Assembly: GCA_964016885.1 (NCBI GenBank)
Contig: OZ024741.1
Span: forward strand, 287,556,001 to 287,620,000
DNA: 64,000 bases
Reading direction: 5' to 3'
Origin: Eledone cirrhosa
Taxonomy: Eukaryota
A program made the position numbers and the translations under genes. The notes under the pieces are model-generated. The model was given only the letters and a program-made list of their open reading frames with translations, did not search any database and was not told the DNA's origin. This document shows positions 41,301-54,840 of the stretch, in pieces (position 1 is the first letter of the stretch; every line of letters starts with the position of its first letter).

Positions 41301-43162
41301 GGTGGATCCCTTTTTTATTTGGGGGTGGGGGATGTAGTTTTATTGGGGGGAGGGGCGTTTTTAAGGGGGCGGGGGCGTTTTTTATTGGGGGGATCACCCA
41401 ATTCACACTTTTGAAGCAAAATGGCAAAGAGTTCCCGTAGACCTTTAGGTGATTTCAACAAAGCACCCTCTGCTAAAGTGGAATCCCATTGCGAATCATC
41501 TTCCAAAAGACCTCGCTTAAAGCAGGCTTCCCGGTACGTATCACATATTTCTCCATCAACAGTTTTGAGGTCCTGAAAACTTTGTGGGCCTACAACTTCA
41601 TGCAGGAGAAGGCGGAGATGAAAGCACTCATGCTGATTTGGGGGCACAGTGTAAACCCTTTCAAGACAGCTGTCAAATTTTACACCAGGATGTTTTTCAA
41701 CAGCCTGACCTGACCCTCTTCACACCCAAGTGTTTTTCGACCATATAAAGTAGGATGGAACCTGGGGGTACACAATTGTTTGCGCAAATGTATCGAACTG
41801 GTAAAGTTTGAAGAAAATCGTCAGAGTGGTCTCTTTCGGATCGGCGGCCAACTTGGTGGCGGTTTGGTCCGTAAAGTAAACCCTTTGCCTGCCCATTTTC
41901 CAAATGTACCGCAAGCTGTACGATGGCGGGGTGCCGTTGGTGTAGGGGTAAACCAAATAGGCGCCAAAAAGCTTCATTGCTACTGATGTACCGCCCCGCC
42001 AGGTATTCTGTGACCTCGTCCCTGCTATTTTCAGCTTGAAATACGAACATTGTGGCATCAGAGCCCTTATTTACATATTTGCATATGTATTTTATCGACT
42101 TGACGGAGTTGCAAAACTCAACGTTGATGTGGACGTTGAACATCTTCGAGAGAAGCGAGCAGTAAGGGACCACCCATCTATTGTCGACTTGACATCCCTT
42201 TACTGTTGTGGTGAAGTCGCCGTTCTCGAGCCGTCGCCGCCTGTACAGGGGGTACCCGTCACCACCAGTCTAAGTCTGGTCAACAAATCTTTTGGGGTAT
42301 CCCTTACTGCACGAGCCCCCTTTCAGACACGTGTGATGCTCATTAGGACCCGACACACACGGACCATGTTAGCTTTGACGATGTCATGTAATTCCTGGTC
42401 AGTTGCTGGGTTAGGGATTTCAGCCAAAATGAAGCTGTCTATGGCATTTGAATTGATTTTATCAGTTAACCAAATCAAAATGTGAGCCTGTGGCAGCCCT
42501 CGTTTTTGCCATTCAACGGTGAACATGTCACATTTTACAGCTCCAAATACCTGACCCTTTTTTATGAGTTTAGCCAGTTTCAGTCTGAACACTCTGGCAA
42601 TGAGGTCATGTCTGTTCGAATAATTTTGCCCAGGAAAAAGTTCACGGGTTACATTCCGATTCATATGTCTATAACATTAATCTGTTATATAAAGTGTTAT
42701 TTTGCGGGTTGTTATTTGCAATAAGCCGATTGAAAATGCCCCAGATAAGCCGTATGTCAATACGGAACGCTCAATATGGACGCTCAATACGGAACGCTCC
42801 ACTGCAGTGTTGTCATATAGGGAGTGAAGAGCGACAAAGAGAGTAAAGCAGTTAAATTATAGAGAGAGGGAATATACGGAACGCTCCATTTGATCATACA
42901 CACTGTTTCTCTCTCTACAGTGTTGTCATATAGAGAGTGAAGAGCGACAGAGAGAGCAAAGCAGTTAAATTATACAGAGGGGGAATGATCATGATCGATT
43001 TTTTGCCCTTATTGTTGATGAATTTGAAATTTTGTTTGCCTCATGACCTTTTCCTGACCAAAAGCAATAATTGTACCGACTTTGAATAGAATCCGTTGGA
43101 AATTGTGGACGTGCATACGTTACAAACCTTAACACACACATCCTCAGATTTATATATATAGA
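38365..43162 (-). mobile_element. Helitron (degenerate RepHel) with both termini
   Basis: 5' A|TCTATATATATAAAT; 3' hairpin cccgagcaacgccggg then CTAG|T; no TSD; Rep motifs VEWQKRGLP.AHIL and SIKYICKYVNKG; Pif1 motifs G.TGKTF, GRTAHSTFKLP, IVWDE, GDFRQ, QFPV...AMSINKSQGQT. Confidence 0.93.
39628..41397. repeat. G/T-skewed hypervariable minisatellite (~19-21-bp unit GGGGG(A/G)TCCGTTTTTTA(T)T)
   Basis: Direct reading; lies between the Rep and helicase parts of the Helitron. Confidence 0.92.
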
Positions 43163-43623
43163 TAGGTGAGACAGCTCGTAGTATAGGAGAACGGTTAAAT
43201 GAACACTGGCGAGAACTTCAAGATAAAAAAGAATCATCAATACTCAACCAACATAGTAAAATAGAACATAAGGGCAAATTAGAGAACATGGAAATAAAAA
43301 TAGAATCTACACACAGAAAAGACGCAATGTTTAGACAAATCACAGAGGCAATAAACATAAATGAACTCCAACCAAAATTAAATAGAAAACATAAATGGAA
43401 TAGCAACATCACAACTTACAATTAAGGACAAAATGAAAACACACACACACATAGAACAAACAACCAACCAGTAACATGTAAATAAACAAATAAATAAACA
43501 AATATAAACACACACAGACACCCGGATGTAACAGATGCGCAAACTCAGCACGCAACACACACAAAAACAAGATGGCGTAGGACAGAACAAAGGAGAAGCA
43601 CAAAAACAAAGAAAAGTATCCCA

Positions 43624-43666
43624 GTCACTGAAGAGGTCACAGAATGTGTGACGAAAGAACTTTGAC
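43624..43666 (+). ncRNA. Hammerhead in the P1 pLTR copy
   Basis: gtca CTGAAGA ggtcaca gaatg tgtgac GAAA gaac TT tgac. Confidence 0.8.
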
Positions 43667-43969
43667 AATATATGAACAACCGTCCGGTTATGGAACCAAC
43701 CAACCAACTGCAAATTTATAAATTCTTAAATTTATAAATTTAATTTATAATAAATTGGAGTGAAAGCAACTGGTGCGAGTGTTTCTTATTGGCAACATGA
43801 CCCTCTCAAAGCATAACAATATCAGTTTCAACACACGTTTTCAGATAAAGAATCTTGCTAAATAAATTCAGAAACGATATATATATGTGTATGTTTGTGT
43901 GTGTGCGTATGTGCGTGTGTGCGTGTGAATGTGTGTGTGTGTGTATGTATGTATATATGTATGTATATA

Positions 43970-45146
43970 GTCTTTTTCTCTCAATCTTCAGTTTATTTTT
44001 GAGCGGCCACTTACTCGGTAGCAAAGTGCTAAAAAAAAGAAAATTTTCGTCGTCCCTCGTGCAGTCGTTCAGCCTTTGAATCGCAAGAATGTTTTACAGA
44101 TTTTGACGGTTGCATATATCTCCGACGTGTGAAGCGTACGAATTAGAATCAAGGAGCAACGTACTTTCTCCATAAATTGAAGTCATACTTTGATCAAGTC
44201 AGGTTGGTATGTACCCTGTAATTATAAATATGAAACAACATGTATTTTGGGTACTGGACCTGCAAACTCTTCATCAATGATCCGTAGGTATCTTCTAACT
44301 AAACTGCCATCGAGTGGGCAGTTGATTTCAACAACAGAGCATGCGTTTCAGACGTGACCCCCAAACACCAATATGGGTGCGTTGTATTTAATTTTAGGTT
44401 CCATTAATATTACTTTAGGCCAAGTACCCATGTATAAACTACCCAGTGAATTAGTCCATTTTTTTTTTATTCAGGCATTAAGTAGAGTTTTCCAATGTTC
44501 CTGGGAGAGAGAGTTGTGTCCGCTTTTATTTCATGTCTCTACACAAGATCAGTGGCTATCCTAACAATATTATTATTTTCATACGGTGGATTGGCAGTAT
44601 CGGTAGAGGGTCGGACGCCATGCTTTGACGTATAAAGTTACGGAGTTCAAATCCCGCCGAGGTTAACTTTGCCTTTCATCCTTATGGGGTCGATAAAATA
44701 AAGTACCAGTAATGCACTGGGTAATCGCTGGCCTTGTGCCTAACGTAGAAACAATTATTATTTTCATGCTAATACGTTTGGGCGAGATGGCTGATTGTTT
44801 CAATGTTACTATTTGGATCTCATGTTATATTAATATGGATTTTAGGCCCCGACCACCCTCCTTGTGTAGGAAATATAGCCTATTCATTAAAGTTAAAATT
44901 TCCAGTAACACTGAACAACTTACGAGTAGTTATATCCATCTCGACCAATTTTTACAAAAATAAGTTTAGCAGGCCATGTTAGCGTTACGATGAGCACATC
45001 AAAAATATTATCTGTAATGTGCCTGTTGTACGTTCAGTTCTGATCATACTCTCATTATTCTCCTAAGGTATTCATTCCTGGTTCTCTCCTTATTTATGGA
45101 TCCATCATATCTGACATTCTCATCCTGTCCAATATAACTATAGTTT
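43970..45146 (-). mobile_element. Older decayed relative of the R4-like LINE, interrupted by a family A SINE (44583-44758, +)
   Basis: Patchy similarity to 45222-46625 (ttgaatcgcaagaatgtttt; catcatatctgacattctcatcctgtcc). Confidence 0.7.
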
Positions 45147-45167
45147 ATGTATGATTATATGTATGAT

Positions 45168-45199
<32 letters not shown>

Positions 45200-45221
45200 T
45201 GTATGTATGTATGTATGTATG

Positions 45222-46817
45222 TTTTCTCTTTCTCTTAATTTCGAGTATATTTTTTTGACCGGCCACCTTCCTGGTGGCAAGGTTGTAAAAGAAAAGAAAT
45301 TGTCATCCCTTGAATCGCAAGAATGTTTTGCATATTTTGAAGGTGCCAGCTATCGCAGCCATTTGTAGACTATGAATTAGGGAGCTGCGCTTTTTGTCCG
45401 CAAATCCAAGTTCGGTCATACTTTGGTCCAAGCGGGTTGGTATATAACCCGTAGCACCAATAATGATGGGTATGAAGCTAAAGGTGTATCTTGGATACTG
45501 GATTTGTAAGCTCCTCATCAATGGTCCGTAGATGTCCTCCTTCTCCTGTATTTTTCTGACAACGTTTACATCAAGTGGGCAGCTGATCTCCACAACAGAA
45601 CACGTTTTCAATGTGTGGTCCCAAACTACAATATCAGGCCGGTTGTGCTTTAATTTGGTGGCAGTTTTTATTTTCAGGTTCCACCAGTATTCCTTAGTGC
45701 CATCTGTCTCAATATATTCTTCCTCGTTTGTTGTTAATTTTGTTTTCCGAAGTGCGTTCCAGATAGTTGTAGCTATCCCATCGTGTCTCATGGGGAGGTA
45801 GTAGCGAGATGACATTCTTTCGCAGCTGGCAACAATGTGGCTTACATCCTCGATCTTTGTTTTACATAGCCTACATTTATTGTCAGCTGCTGGCCCTCCT
45901 CTTTTGTGCAGCAGATATTTGGTAGGGAGTTCTTGTTCCTGTATTGCATAGAGATATCCCTCAAGGTGTGATGTCATAAACTTGTCGGAACTCCATGCCA
46001 GGCTTTTTGAGTGGTTTATCCCCTCTATGGTCTGTGTTTTACGCCTCAAGTATCCATGCACAACTTTCTCTGTAAATTGGTCAATTTTTTTTTCTTGTTT
46101 GAACATTGAATAGGATCTTCCGATTTCTCTGGGTGAGAGATTTATATCAGGCTTTATTCCATATCTCTCCTCCAGATCAGTCGCTATTCTAATGATATTT
46201 CTTTTTTCATGCTCATAAACCTGAGCAAGATGGTCGCCAACCTTTTTCCTCTGTTGAAGGTGTTGCTTCAGTGTTACTATCCGGGTCTCATATGTTGTTA
46301 ATATTGATTTTAGACCCCGGCCACCTTCCTTGCGTGAGAAGTATAGCCTATCCACATCACCATTGATGTTAAAGTTCCCAGTAACACTGAGAAGTTTACG
46401 AGTTCTAACATCCATCTCACTTAGTTCTTGCAATGACCAGTTCAGTAGGCCAAATGTTGGCGTTAGAATTGGCACAGCATAGGTATTGTGGGCAATGTAT
46501 TTGTTGTATGCTGACAGTTCTGATGACCATATTTTTTTTACTCTTTTGAGGTATTCAGTTCTGGTTCTCTCCTTATTTATGGGTCCATCATATCTGACAT
46601 TCTCATCCTGTCCAAGATATCTGTAGTTGTCACCTGACTGCAGAGGTTGTATTGTCAGGCCGTTCATATCTAGATTTCTAGAGGAGGGCAGAGCTCTTCC
46701 ACGTTTTACTGCCAAATATGCACACTTGGACTCACCAAATTTCATTTTGATGTCGGTTGAAAATTGTGTAATGAGGTCCAATTGTTTCTTGATGTCATTG
46801 ATATTTGGCCCATACAA
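45222..46817 (-). mobile_element. R4/Dong-like RLE LINE, 5'-truncated, open 504-aa frame
   Basis: KFGESKC, YRYLG, RKEGGRGL, zinc finger, RHD, PDIVV; (TATG)n on both sides. Confidence 0.92.
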
Positions 46818-47499
46818 TGTATGTATGTATGTATGTATAACTGGATATATGAATGAATGTATGAATGTATGTATGAATGTATGTATGTAAATATGCGTGG
46901 GGTTTATATATATATATGGGGGAGGGACATCTGTAGTTTATTAAATTGTACAAGACATGCCTGGTATAGAAGTGTTAACAAGGTTTAGAAACGATAAAAT
47001 CATATTTGTCTCTTACTGTATTATTTATAATATTTCTCAATATTTTCGACTCCATAGCATGGCTGGCATAAAATTCTACTGCGTGAAAAACAAAAATAAT
47101 TAAGTTAGCTATAACGTACGTAATGTAGTAAATAGAGACATTTTATCTAAATAATATTATTCTAGTATTGATAAAATAGATAAATCATTATTTTATATGA
47201 ATAACAGTTCCAGTCAGTAGTGTGGTAGATGAGATCCACTCTCCTCTCCCCGCAAATTACTGGTCTTCTTCCTCATCTAGAAATCATTATTTCAATGACT
47301 AATCCTGGCCCAGAAAGGTACGTTGTATAACCACATTGTTTTAACATCACAGAAAATCCCTGAACATTTGGAGGAAGGGCTAAGTTCTTTTATGTAAAAT
47401 TATTTTATTTATGGAATATATTTTGTGAATACAGTTTGATAGAAAAGAAAACAAAAGAAAAAGTAGGAAAATATAGAGAAAAAAAAAGAAAAAGAAGGA

Positions 47500-47700
47500 A
47501 AATATGGGAAGTGGTGGGGTTGGCAAGAAATCTAGTGTCGCAGAAAAGAGCGGAGGGGTGAAGGGGAGGATGATTGGATTTTGGGCCTAGGGCAGAAGCA
47601 TTCCCGCGGACAATGGCCAGCGACACCCGCTGCAGCAGCCACTCAACCTCGCGAGGCTCTTTCCTCAGACGGGCCCCCGACGTTCCGATCTTGCGGAATG
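47500..47700 (-). mobile_element. Short 3' fragment of a CRE-like LINE
   Basis: WLLQRVSLAIVRGNAS, homologous to 20125-20185. Confidence 0.7.
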
Positions 47701-48100
47701 TTGATCAGAATGTTGAAAGATTAAGTTGACCGTAACTAGATTTGAACTTAGAATGTAAAGAGCCAAAACAAAAACTGCAATAGCATTTGATTCGACGTTC
47801 TACCAATTCTGCCAAGCCGATCCCCTTTTGCTTGACTTAAATTAATTATAAAAGTAATAAATTATTTTCTCATAACTTTAATTAAAATGTCATGTCTCAT
47901 TACGTTAATTATTGTAGCGCCTACTTTGCTACCTCTAACTCCATTTTGCAATTTCTAGGCTTCAACCATAATAAAATTCTCTCACGTTATCAGCGAGTTT
48001 GCGTTTTCAGAGTTTCACAGCGTCTTAGGGAAACTGTTAACTTAAGGTTAATTGTGTATGTATGTAGATATGTATGTATGTATGTGTATATGTATGTATG

Positions 48101-51100
48101 TTATCTCTTTCTCTTAATTTCGAGTATATTTTTTTGACCGGCCACCTTCCTGGTGGCAAGGTTGTAAAAGAAAAAAATTGTCATCCCAAGAATGTTTTAC
48201 AAATTTTGAAGGTGCCAGCTATCGCAGCCATTTGTAGACTATGAATTTGTCCGCAAATCCAAGTTCAGTCATACTTTGGTCCAAGCGGGTTGGTATATAA
48301 CCCGTAGCTCCAATAATGATGGGTATGAAGCTAAAGGTGTATCTTGGATACTGGATTTGTAAACTCCTCATCAATGGTCCGTAGATGTCCTCCTTCTCCT
48401 GTATTTTTCTGACAACGTTTACATCAAGTGGGCAGTTGATCCCCACAACAGAACACATTTTCAATGTGTGGTCCCAAACAACAATATCAGGCCGGTTGTG
48501 CTTTAACTTGGTGGCAGTTTTTATTTTCAGGTTCCACCAGTATTCCTTAGTGCCATCTGTCTCAATATATTCTTCCTCGTTTGTTGTTAATTTTGTTTTC
48601 CGAAGTGCGTTCGAGATGGTTCTAGCTATCCCATCGTGTCTCATGGTGAGGTAGTAGCGAGATGACATTCTTTCGCAGCTGGCAACAATGTGGCTTACAT
48701 CCTCGATCTTTGTTTTACATAGCCTACATTTATTGTCAGCTGCTGGCCCTCCTCTTTTGTGCAGCAGATATTTGGTAGGGAGTTCTTGTTCCTGTATTGC
48801 ATAGAGATATCCCTCAAGGTGTAATGTCATAAACTTGTCGGAACTCCATGCCATGCTTTTTGAGTGGTTTATCCCCTCTATGGTCTGTGTTTTACGTCTC
48901 AAGTATCCATGCACAACTTTTTCTGTAAATTGGTCAATTTTTTCATCTTGTTTGAACATTGAATAGGATCTTCCGATTTCTCTGGGTGAGAGATTTATAT
49001 CAGGCTTTATTCCATATCTCTCCTCCAAATCAGTCGCTATTCTAATGATATTTTTTTTTCATGCTCATAAACCTAGGCAAGATGGTTGCCAACCTTTTTT
49101 CTCTGTTGCAGGTGTTGCTTCAGTGTTACTATCCGGGTCTCATATGTTGTTAATATTGAATTTAGACCCCGGCCACCTTCCTTGCGTGAGAAGTATAGCC
49201 TATCCACATCACCATTGATGTTAAAGTTCCCAGTAACACTGAGAAGTTTGCGAGTTCTAACATCCATCTCACTTAGTTCTTGCAATGACCAGTTCAGCAG
49301 GCCAAATGTTGGCGTTAGTATTGGCACAGTATAAGTATTGTGGGCAATGTATTTGTTGTACGCTGACAGTTCTGATGACCATATTTTCTTTACTCTTCTG
49401 AGGTTCTCTCCTTATTTATGGGTCCATCATATCTGACATTCTCATCCTGTCCAAGATATCTGTAGTTGTCACCTGACTGTAGAGGTTGTATTGTCAGACC
49501 GTTCATCTCTAGATTTCTAGAGGAGGGCACAGCTCTTCCACATTTTACTGCCAAATATGCACACTTGGACTCACCAAATTTCATTTTGATGTTGGTTGAA
49601 AATTGTGTAATGAGGTCCAATTGTTTCTTGATGTCATTGATATTTGGCCCATACAACTTCAGGTCATCAACAAAGAAAAGATGGGAGATACTTCGGGACC
49701 CACTTCTTTGTCCACCTTGTTTCCTGAGTAGGTAAGATAGTGGATTCAGTGAGAGAACGAAGAGTAGCACTGACAAGCTATCACCCTGAAAGATGCCCTT
49801 CTGGTAATGTATCTTATCAGTCTTAACTTGCTCCTTCTCACCTCTAAGCATCAAATTGGTGTACCAGTTCTTGGTCAGGCGTTCAACAGCAGCTACCAAT
49901 GGTTGTGGGACTTTGGCTAACTGTAAAGCCTTAATAATCCACCCATGAGGTACACTATCAAATGCTTTTTGATAGTCCAGCCACACCACAGTCTTGTTTC
50001 TGCGATTCTTTGTTGTTTTTTCCTGGATCATTTTATTAGTTAGTAGGTGATCTATGCAACCCCACACCTCCCTCTTTCCACCAGCTTGCTCAGGTGTTAT
50101 GATGTTGTTGGTAGCACAGTGATCCTGTAAGAACAGGTTAAGGCACCCAGTATATAATTTATACATGATGTTTTGGCAGGCTATTGGGCGGTAATTTTTA
50201 GCAAGGGTGGTTTGGCTATTTTGGGGGAATGAGGAGAGTAGTGGCAGTTGATAACCATCTGGGCAGTTCTTGTGTGCCTTTAATGGTTTCTGTAAACAGC
50301 CGTATGAGATCTTGCCGATAGAAAGTGAAATTCTTCAACCAGTATCCTGTAATGAGGTCTGGGCCTGGCGATTTCCTATTCGACATTTTCTGTAGAGCTG
50401 TTTCCAGTATTGACCCATGTATGTGATATTGTTTTGTCTGGACATGTTGGCAGTAGTCCTGTTCCAGTTCTTTTAGCCAATTAGTTTGTCTGTTGAATCC
50501 GTCATCCATTTCCCATACAGATCTCCAGTAGCTCTCAACCTGTTCTTTTGAAGTGGTGTCATTTACAGGGATTGAGCTTTTGCCACCGAAGCTGCGATAA
50601 ACTGATTTAGGATCTCTGGCAAACAATCTATTTAGCACTTGTCGTTTATGTGCTGTTGACTTATATTTTAGTCTTTCTGTTGTAGCTGTGAGTTGTTGTT
50701 TCAACTGGTGTAATTTGGAGTTCAAAGTTTTAAATTTTGTATCTCCAAATCGTCTCTCTAACTTTTTTTTTAGGTCTTCCTGGTGTCGTGTGAAGTTGCT
50801 CTCTATGTTGCATTTCATAACGACTGCGATGTGTGAGATACTTCGTCTCAGGGACAAAATTTTGCTTTTTAAATTTCGCATCCACGCTGGTTCAGGCTTT
50901 CTGTTTGTATCTTGATTGCGTGGTTTTAGATGTGTGTTATATGATAGCAATGTGACAGCTGAAACATAACAAAATATTAAGCGTTTCAAATGTCGTTTCT
51001 ACACCTTTAGATCGTATAGCCTTCAGATAATTGCCAGCTATTTCGTTCACCGCTTCCAATTCCAATTTAGTGGGTTCTTTACTGATTCTGGTGTTGTATG

Positions 51101-52185
51101 GTCTGTCACTCACATTAAGGCTGTGTATCTCTTGAAACATATCGTTCCATATCACTTGTAAGGTGTCCACAAGTTTTTGGTGTTCTGTTTGTTCAGTAGA
51201 GTCATGAATTTCAGCCTCGTTGTTGATGTGGTGACAATTACTACTAGAGTTAGCTGACCTTTCTCGCTGTTCTTCAGTGGAAGTGGGATGGATTTCAGCA
51301 AAATTGTTGGTGAGCTGTTCACTGTTAGATTTAGCTGGCCATTCTCTTTGTCTGTCAGTGAAGGTGGGGTGGTTGTCTACAAGGGCTATATTTGTAGTAT
51401 CACTCAACGGTTTTAGCCTTTGCATAAAACCGAACTTTTGGGGTTCAGATTGTTTGTATGCTTCATATAATTCTTTGTTAAGCTCGTAGCTCCACTGTAT
51501 ACAACGGTTGTAGTTGCGATTTGGTCGAAGGAGACTTGTACTTTTTGCCATGATGAGTTCGTCTATTCACTAATATTTCATATTTATTTTTCAAAATAGT
51601 CGATGATCTTCTTTAAAAGTTTCGACAACGTTCTGTCAGAATCAAATTTAAAGTTATTCACAGCTTGGGTAATATTTCTTTTCAGTTAGTTTTTAATTCT
51701 ACAACTGTGTTTTAAACGTTGTTCTTGAATCGTTTGAATCGAGAACAAAAAGAACCGTTACTTAGTATATTTCTTTATGAATGTAATATAATATAACAAC
51801 GCTGTATTTATATGTTAAAGTTTATGTATCATTCATATAAATAGGTGTTCTACAACTTATTCGCAACATATTCACAGTTCAAACACTTATGTTTTTGTTT
51901 CTGAATCGAAAACGTTACTTGTATATTTCTTTATAAATGTAATATGACAACGTTGCATTTATATGTTAAAGTGTATGTATCGTTCATATATCATAAGTGT
52001 ATGTATCGTTCATATAAATAGGTGTTTTACAACACACTTACAGTTCAAACACTTATGTAGAATTATTGTATGTAATCTTACCGCGTAATGTAGCTCAACT
52101 TTTTCCAATATATGGTATGTTGCCTTCATGTAAGCCGTAATTACATACGTCCGATTATCGGACACTGACCACAACGGTCGCCATT
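48101..52185 (-). mobile_element. Near full-length R4/Dong-like RLE LINE (frameshifted)
   Basis: Successive ORFs 51551-50937, 50989-50216 (KSPGPD), 50166-49390 (WLDYQKAFDSVPH, GIFQGDSLS, HLFFVDDLKLY), 49327-49073, 49028-48219 (zinc finger plus RLE); (TATG)n at both ends. Confidence 0.92.
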
Positions 52186-52529
52186 GTATGTGTGTATGTG
52201 TGTATGTATGTGTATATGTATGTATGTGTGTATGTGTGTATGTGTGTATGTATGTATGTATGTATGTATGTATGTATGTATGTATGTATGTATGTATGTA
52301 TGTTCTTCTGGTTTTATAATTTCACAAAGTTTTACTAATAGAGAGAGAGTCGGTTTCTAACATAGACACAAGACTCTCTCATTGGAATTTACACAACATC
52401 AACTAGGTAGATATGTATGTCTGCATGCATGCATGTGTAGATATGGATGTTATTGTATGTGTGGATGTGGATGTTTTGAGTTGTATGTGTGCATGTGTAT
52501 ATGCTTTGTATCTGTACATGTGTATATGC

Positions 52530-53066
52530 AGTTATTAGATGCAAAATTTTTGGAATGTTTTACATATTTTTACTGTTCCATTAATGGATTGTACTTGTAA
52601 TTTCCTAACTAGTTGTGTTCTTTCTGTTCCTGTGAAGCCTAGCTTCTCAAGATTTGTATTGAGGCAGTATGTATGTATGTATGTGTATGTGTATATGTAA
52701 GGAAAACTCTGATATAACACCTGCAACTTTGATGGTATCCAATGATGTTGACATGTTCTTCTTTTTGGTAAATATCATCTTGGTTAAGAGAGTGGGACTG
52801 GCTTTGTGCAGTGCCTTTGCTCACTATAAAAGCTTCATGGCACAGGCATTGCTTTATATCTGGAGATCTCTCTGCACTTGTCGTCACATGGTACCATGGG
52901 CCCAGCACTATGTGTCAATAATTGTCACAAGTGTAGTGTTTGTACCAGAGTTTTCAAGTCGCTGGCTGGACTAAAAAGTCACACTCGTTCAGCGCATCGG
53001 TAGGAGTTCTCCTACGTGGATATAAAGTAGTGGCCGTACTCGAAAACGAGTTGGCAGCCACCATGT
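52530..53066 (-). mobile_element. Distant, heavily deleted R4-like relative
   Basis: LEKLGF...LQVQSINGTVKICKTFQKF resembles the C-terminus of the R4-like ORF; flanked by (TATG)-type repeats. Confidence 0.6.
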
Positions 53067-54647
53067 ATGTGTGTATGTATGCATGTACGTATGCATTTAT
53101 GTATGTATGAATGAATGTATGTATGAATGAATCTATGCATGTATGTATGCATGTTTGTATACATGTATGTAAGTTTGTATATATGCATATATGTATTATG
53201 TGCGTATAATTATGTGTGTGTATGTATATATACATTTATAATCATCACTGTTTAACCCAATCAATTTTAGAACTTGATGAAATGTTGAAGTGAAAATCCC
53301 ATCGAAGAAGGCAAAATTTGTTTCTATGGAAAGTTGGTGTTTATTACACGTCATTGAGTATTCAAAACCTAAAGAAAATGAAATACTAATACGATCGCTT
53401 CAGTTGGCAAAACTAAAATATATCGATGTGTAAACTAATCCGATAGCATTATGGCATCTTCATACGATTAGCCTCGAAAAAAACATCCATTCTACCGTCT
53501 ATCCTCAGAAACAATGATTTGGGAATTTTATTCAATAGATACGAACAGCACAGGTACACTCTGTTTCTTCCTTACCGTGTAAAACTTATTACCTTGTACT
53601 TCTGTTTGTTTTTGAATTATTTTTGGATGTGATAAGGACTTAGCTGTTAATTCTCACGAATCAGGTAACCTAACAGAGCTTTTCTCGTCGAATCAATCGC
53701 AATTTTGTTGATGTTTAGTCCTTTGTCAGCACTACTACAAAGCACTGATGATCCAAGACGTTCCGTAATTTTGTATATTAGGTGTTAAATCATGCAATTT
53801 GTTCTTCCTTCTTTCATGCGGTGTCATTTGAGTGACACATAGGTACTTTTCTTAGCAGGCCAAGCGGCCATTCAGCGTCTTTCTTACCAACGTTTCCGAT
53901 TGCAGTTGTGTGTGTGTGTGTTTGTGTTTATGTGTGTGTGTGTGCATGTGTGCGCGTGTGTGCGCGTGTGCATGTGTGCGCGCGTGTGTGTGTGAGTGCG
54001 TGCAGATATAAGCAAAAAAGGATGAAATGCTTAATGGAAAACGATATAAACACCCATTAAAACGCCAACCATTTTTTTTTTAATTCCAAAATGAAACGAC
54101 AACAACCATAGACAACATCTCAATAAAACAACATAAGAAACGAACTAATGAATGTGATAGTCTTTGACAAAAGAATCAACTTGATCTCATGTATAATAAC
54201 TCAGCGCAAACACCAAAACATCCTCCGGGCTGTGTGACGGCTAGAATGTGGGCCCAAATTTGGTCACAATAGTGAGAGATGGGGAGAGCAGGAGAGACGG
54301 AATCAGTGACAGTGTGGTTCCATTATGTTCGGACCTGGTATATATGTATATATTTATTCACCACACCATATTTACAATATTGTTCTCTCGTATTTAAGTC
54401 ACGTGATGGCACTGGTACATTTTTAGACAGCTATTGCACGATGAGCCGCAATGATGCAATGCAAGTAAGGAGAAAAAAAAATCAATTTAGATAAACAATA
54501 TGATTTCCACTATGCTGGTTAAAATTAATTAAGATATATTCATGAGAAACATGCTCGACATGTGGTACTATTATGATACACATCTGCTATTGCTGCAAAT
54601 ACTTAGATGTTGTTTATATAATAAGTGATACAAGTATTCGAAAAATA

Positions 54648-54840
<193 letters not shown>

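Larger units (their letters stand above)
38241..43878 (+). mobile_element. P1 Penelope 3' fragment split by a Helitron (pieces 38241-38364 and 43163-43878)
   Basis: Joined flanks ...aatatagtgtaca|taggtgagacagctcg... match the intact reverse complement at 9855-9885; hammerhead at 43624-43666. Confidence 0.9.

Noticed and set aside
39637-41440. Long Gly/Phe-rich ORFs
   Set aside because: Translations of a G/T minisatellite that has few stop codons
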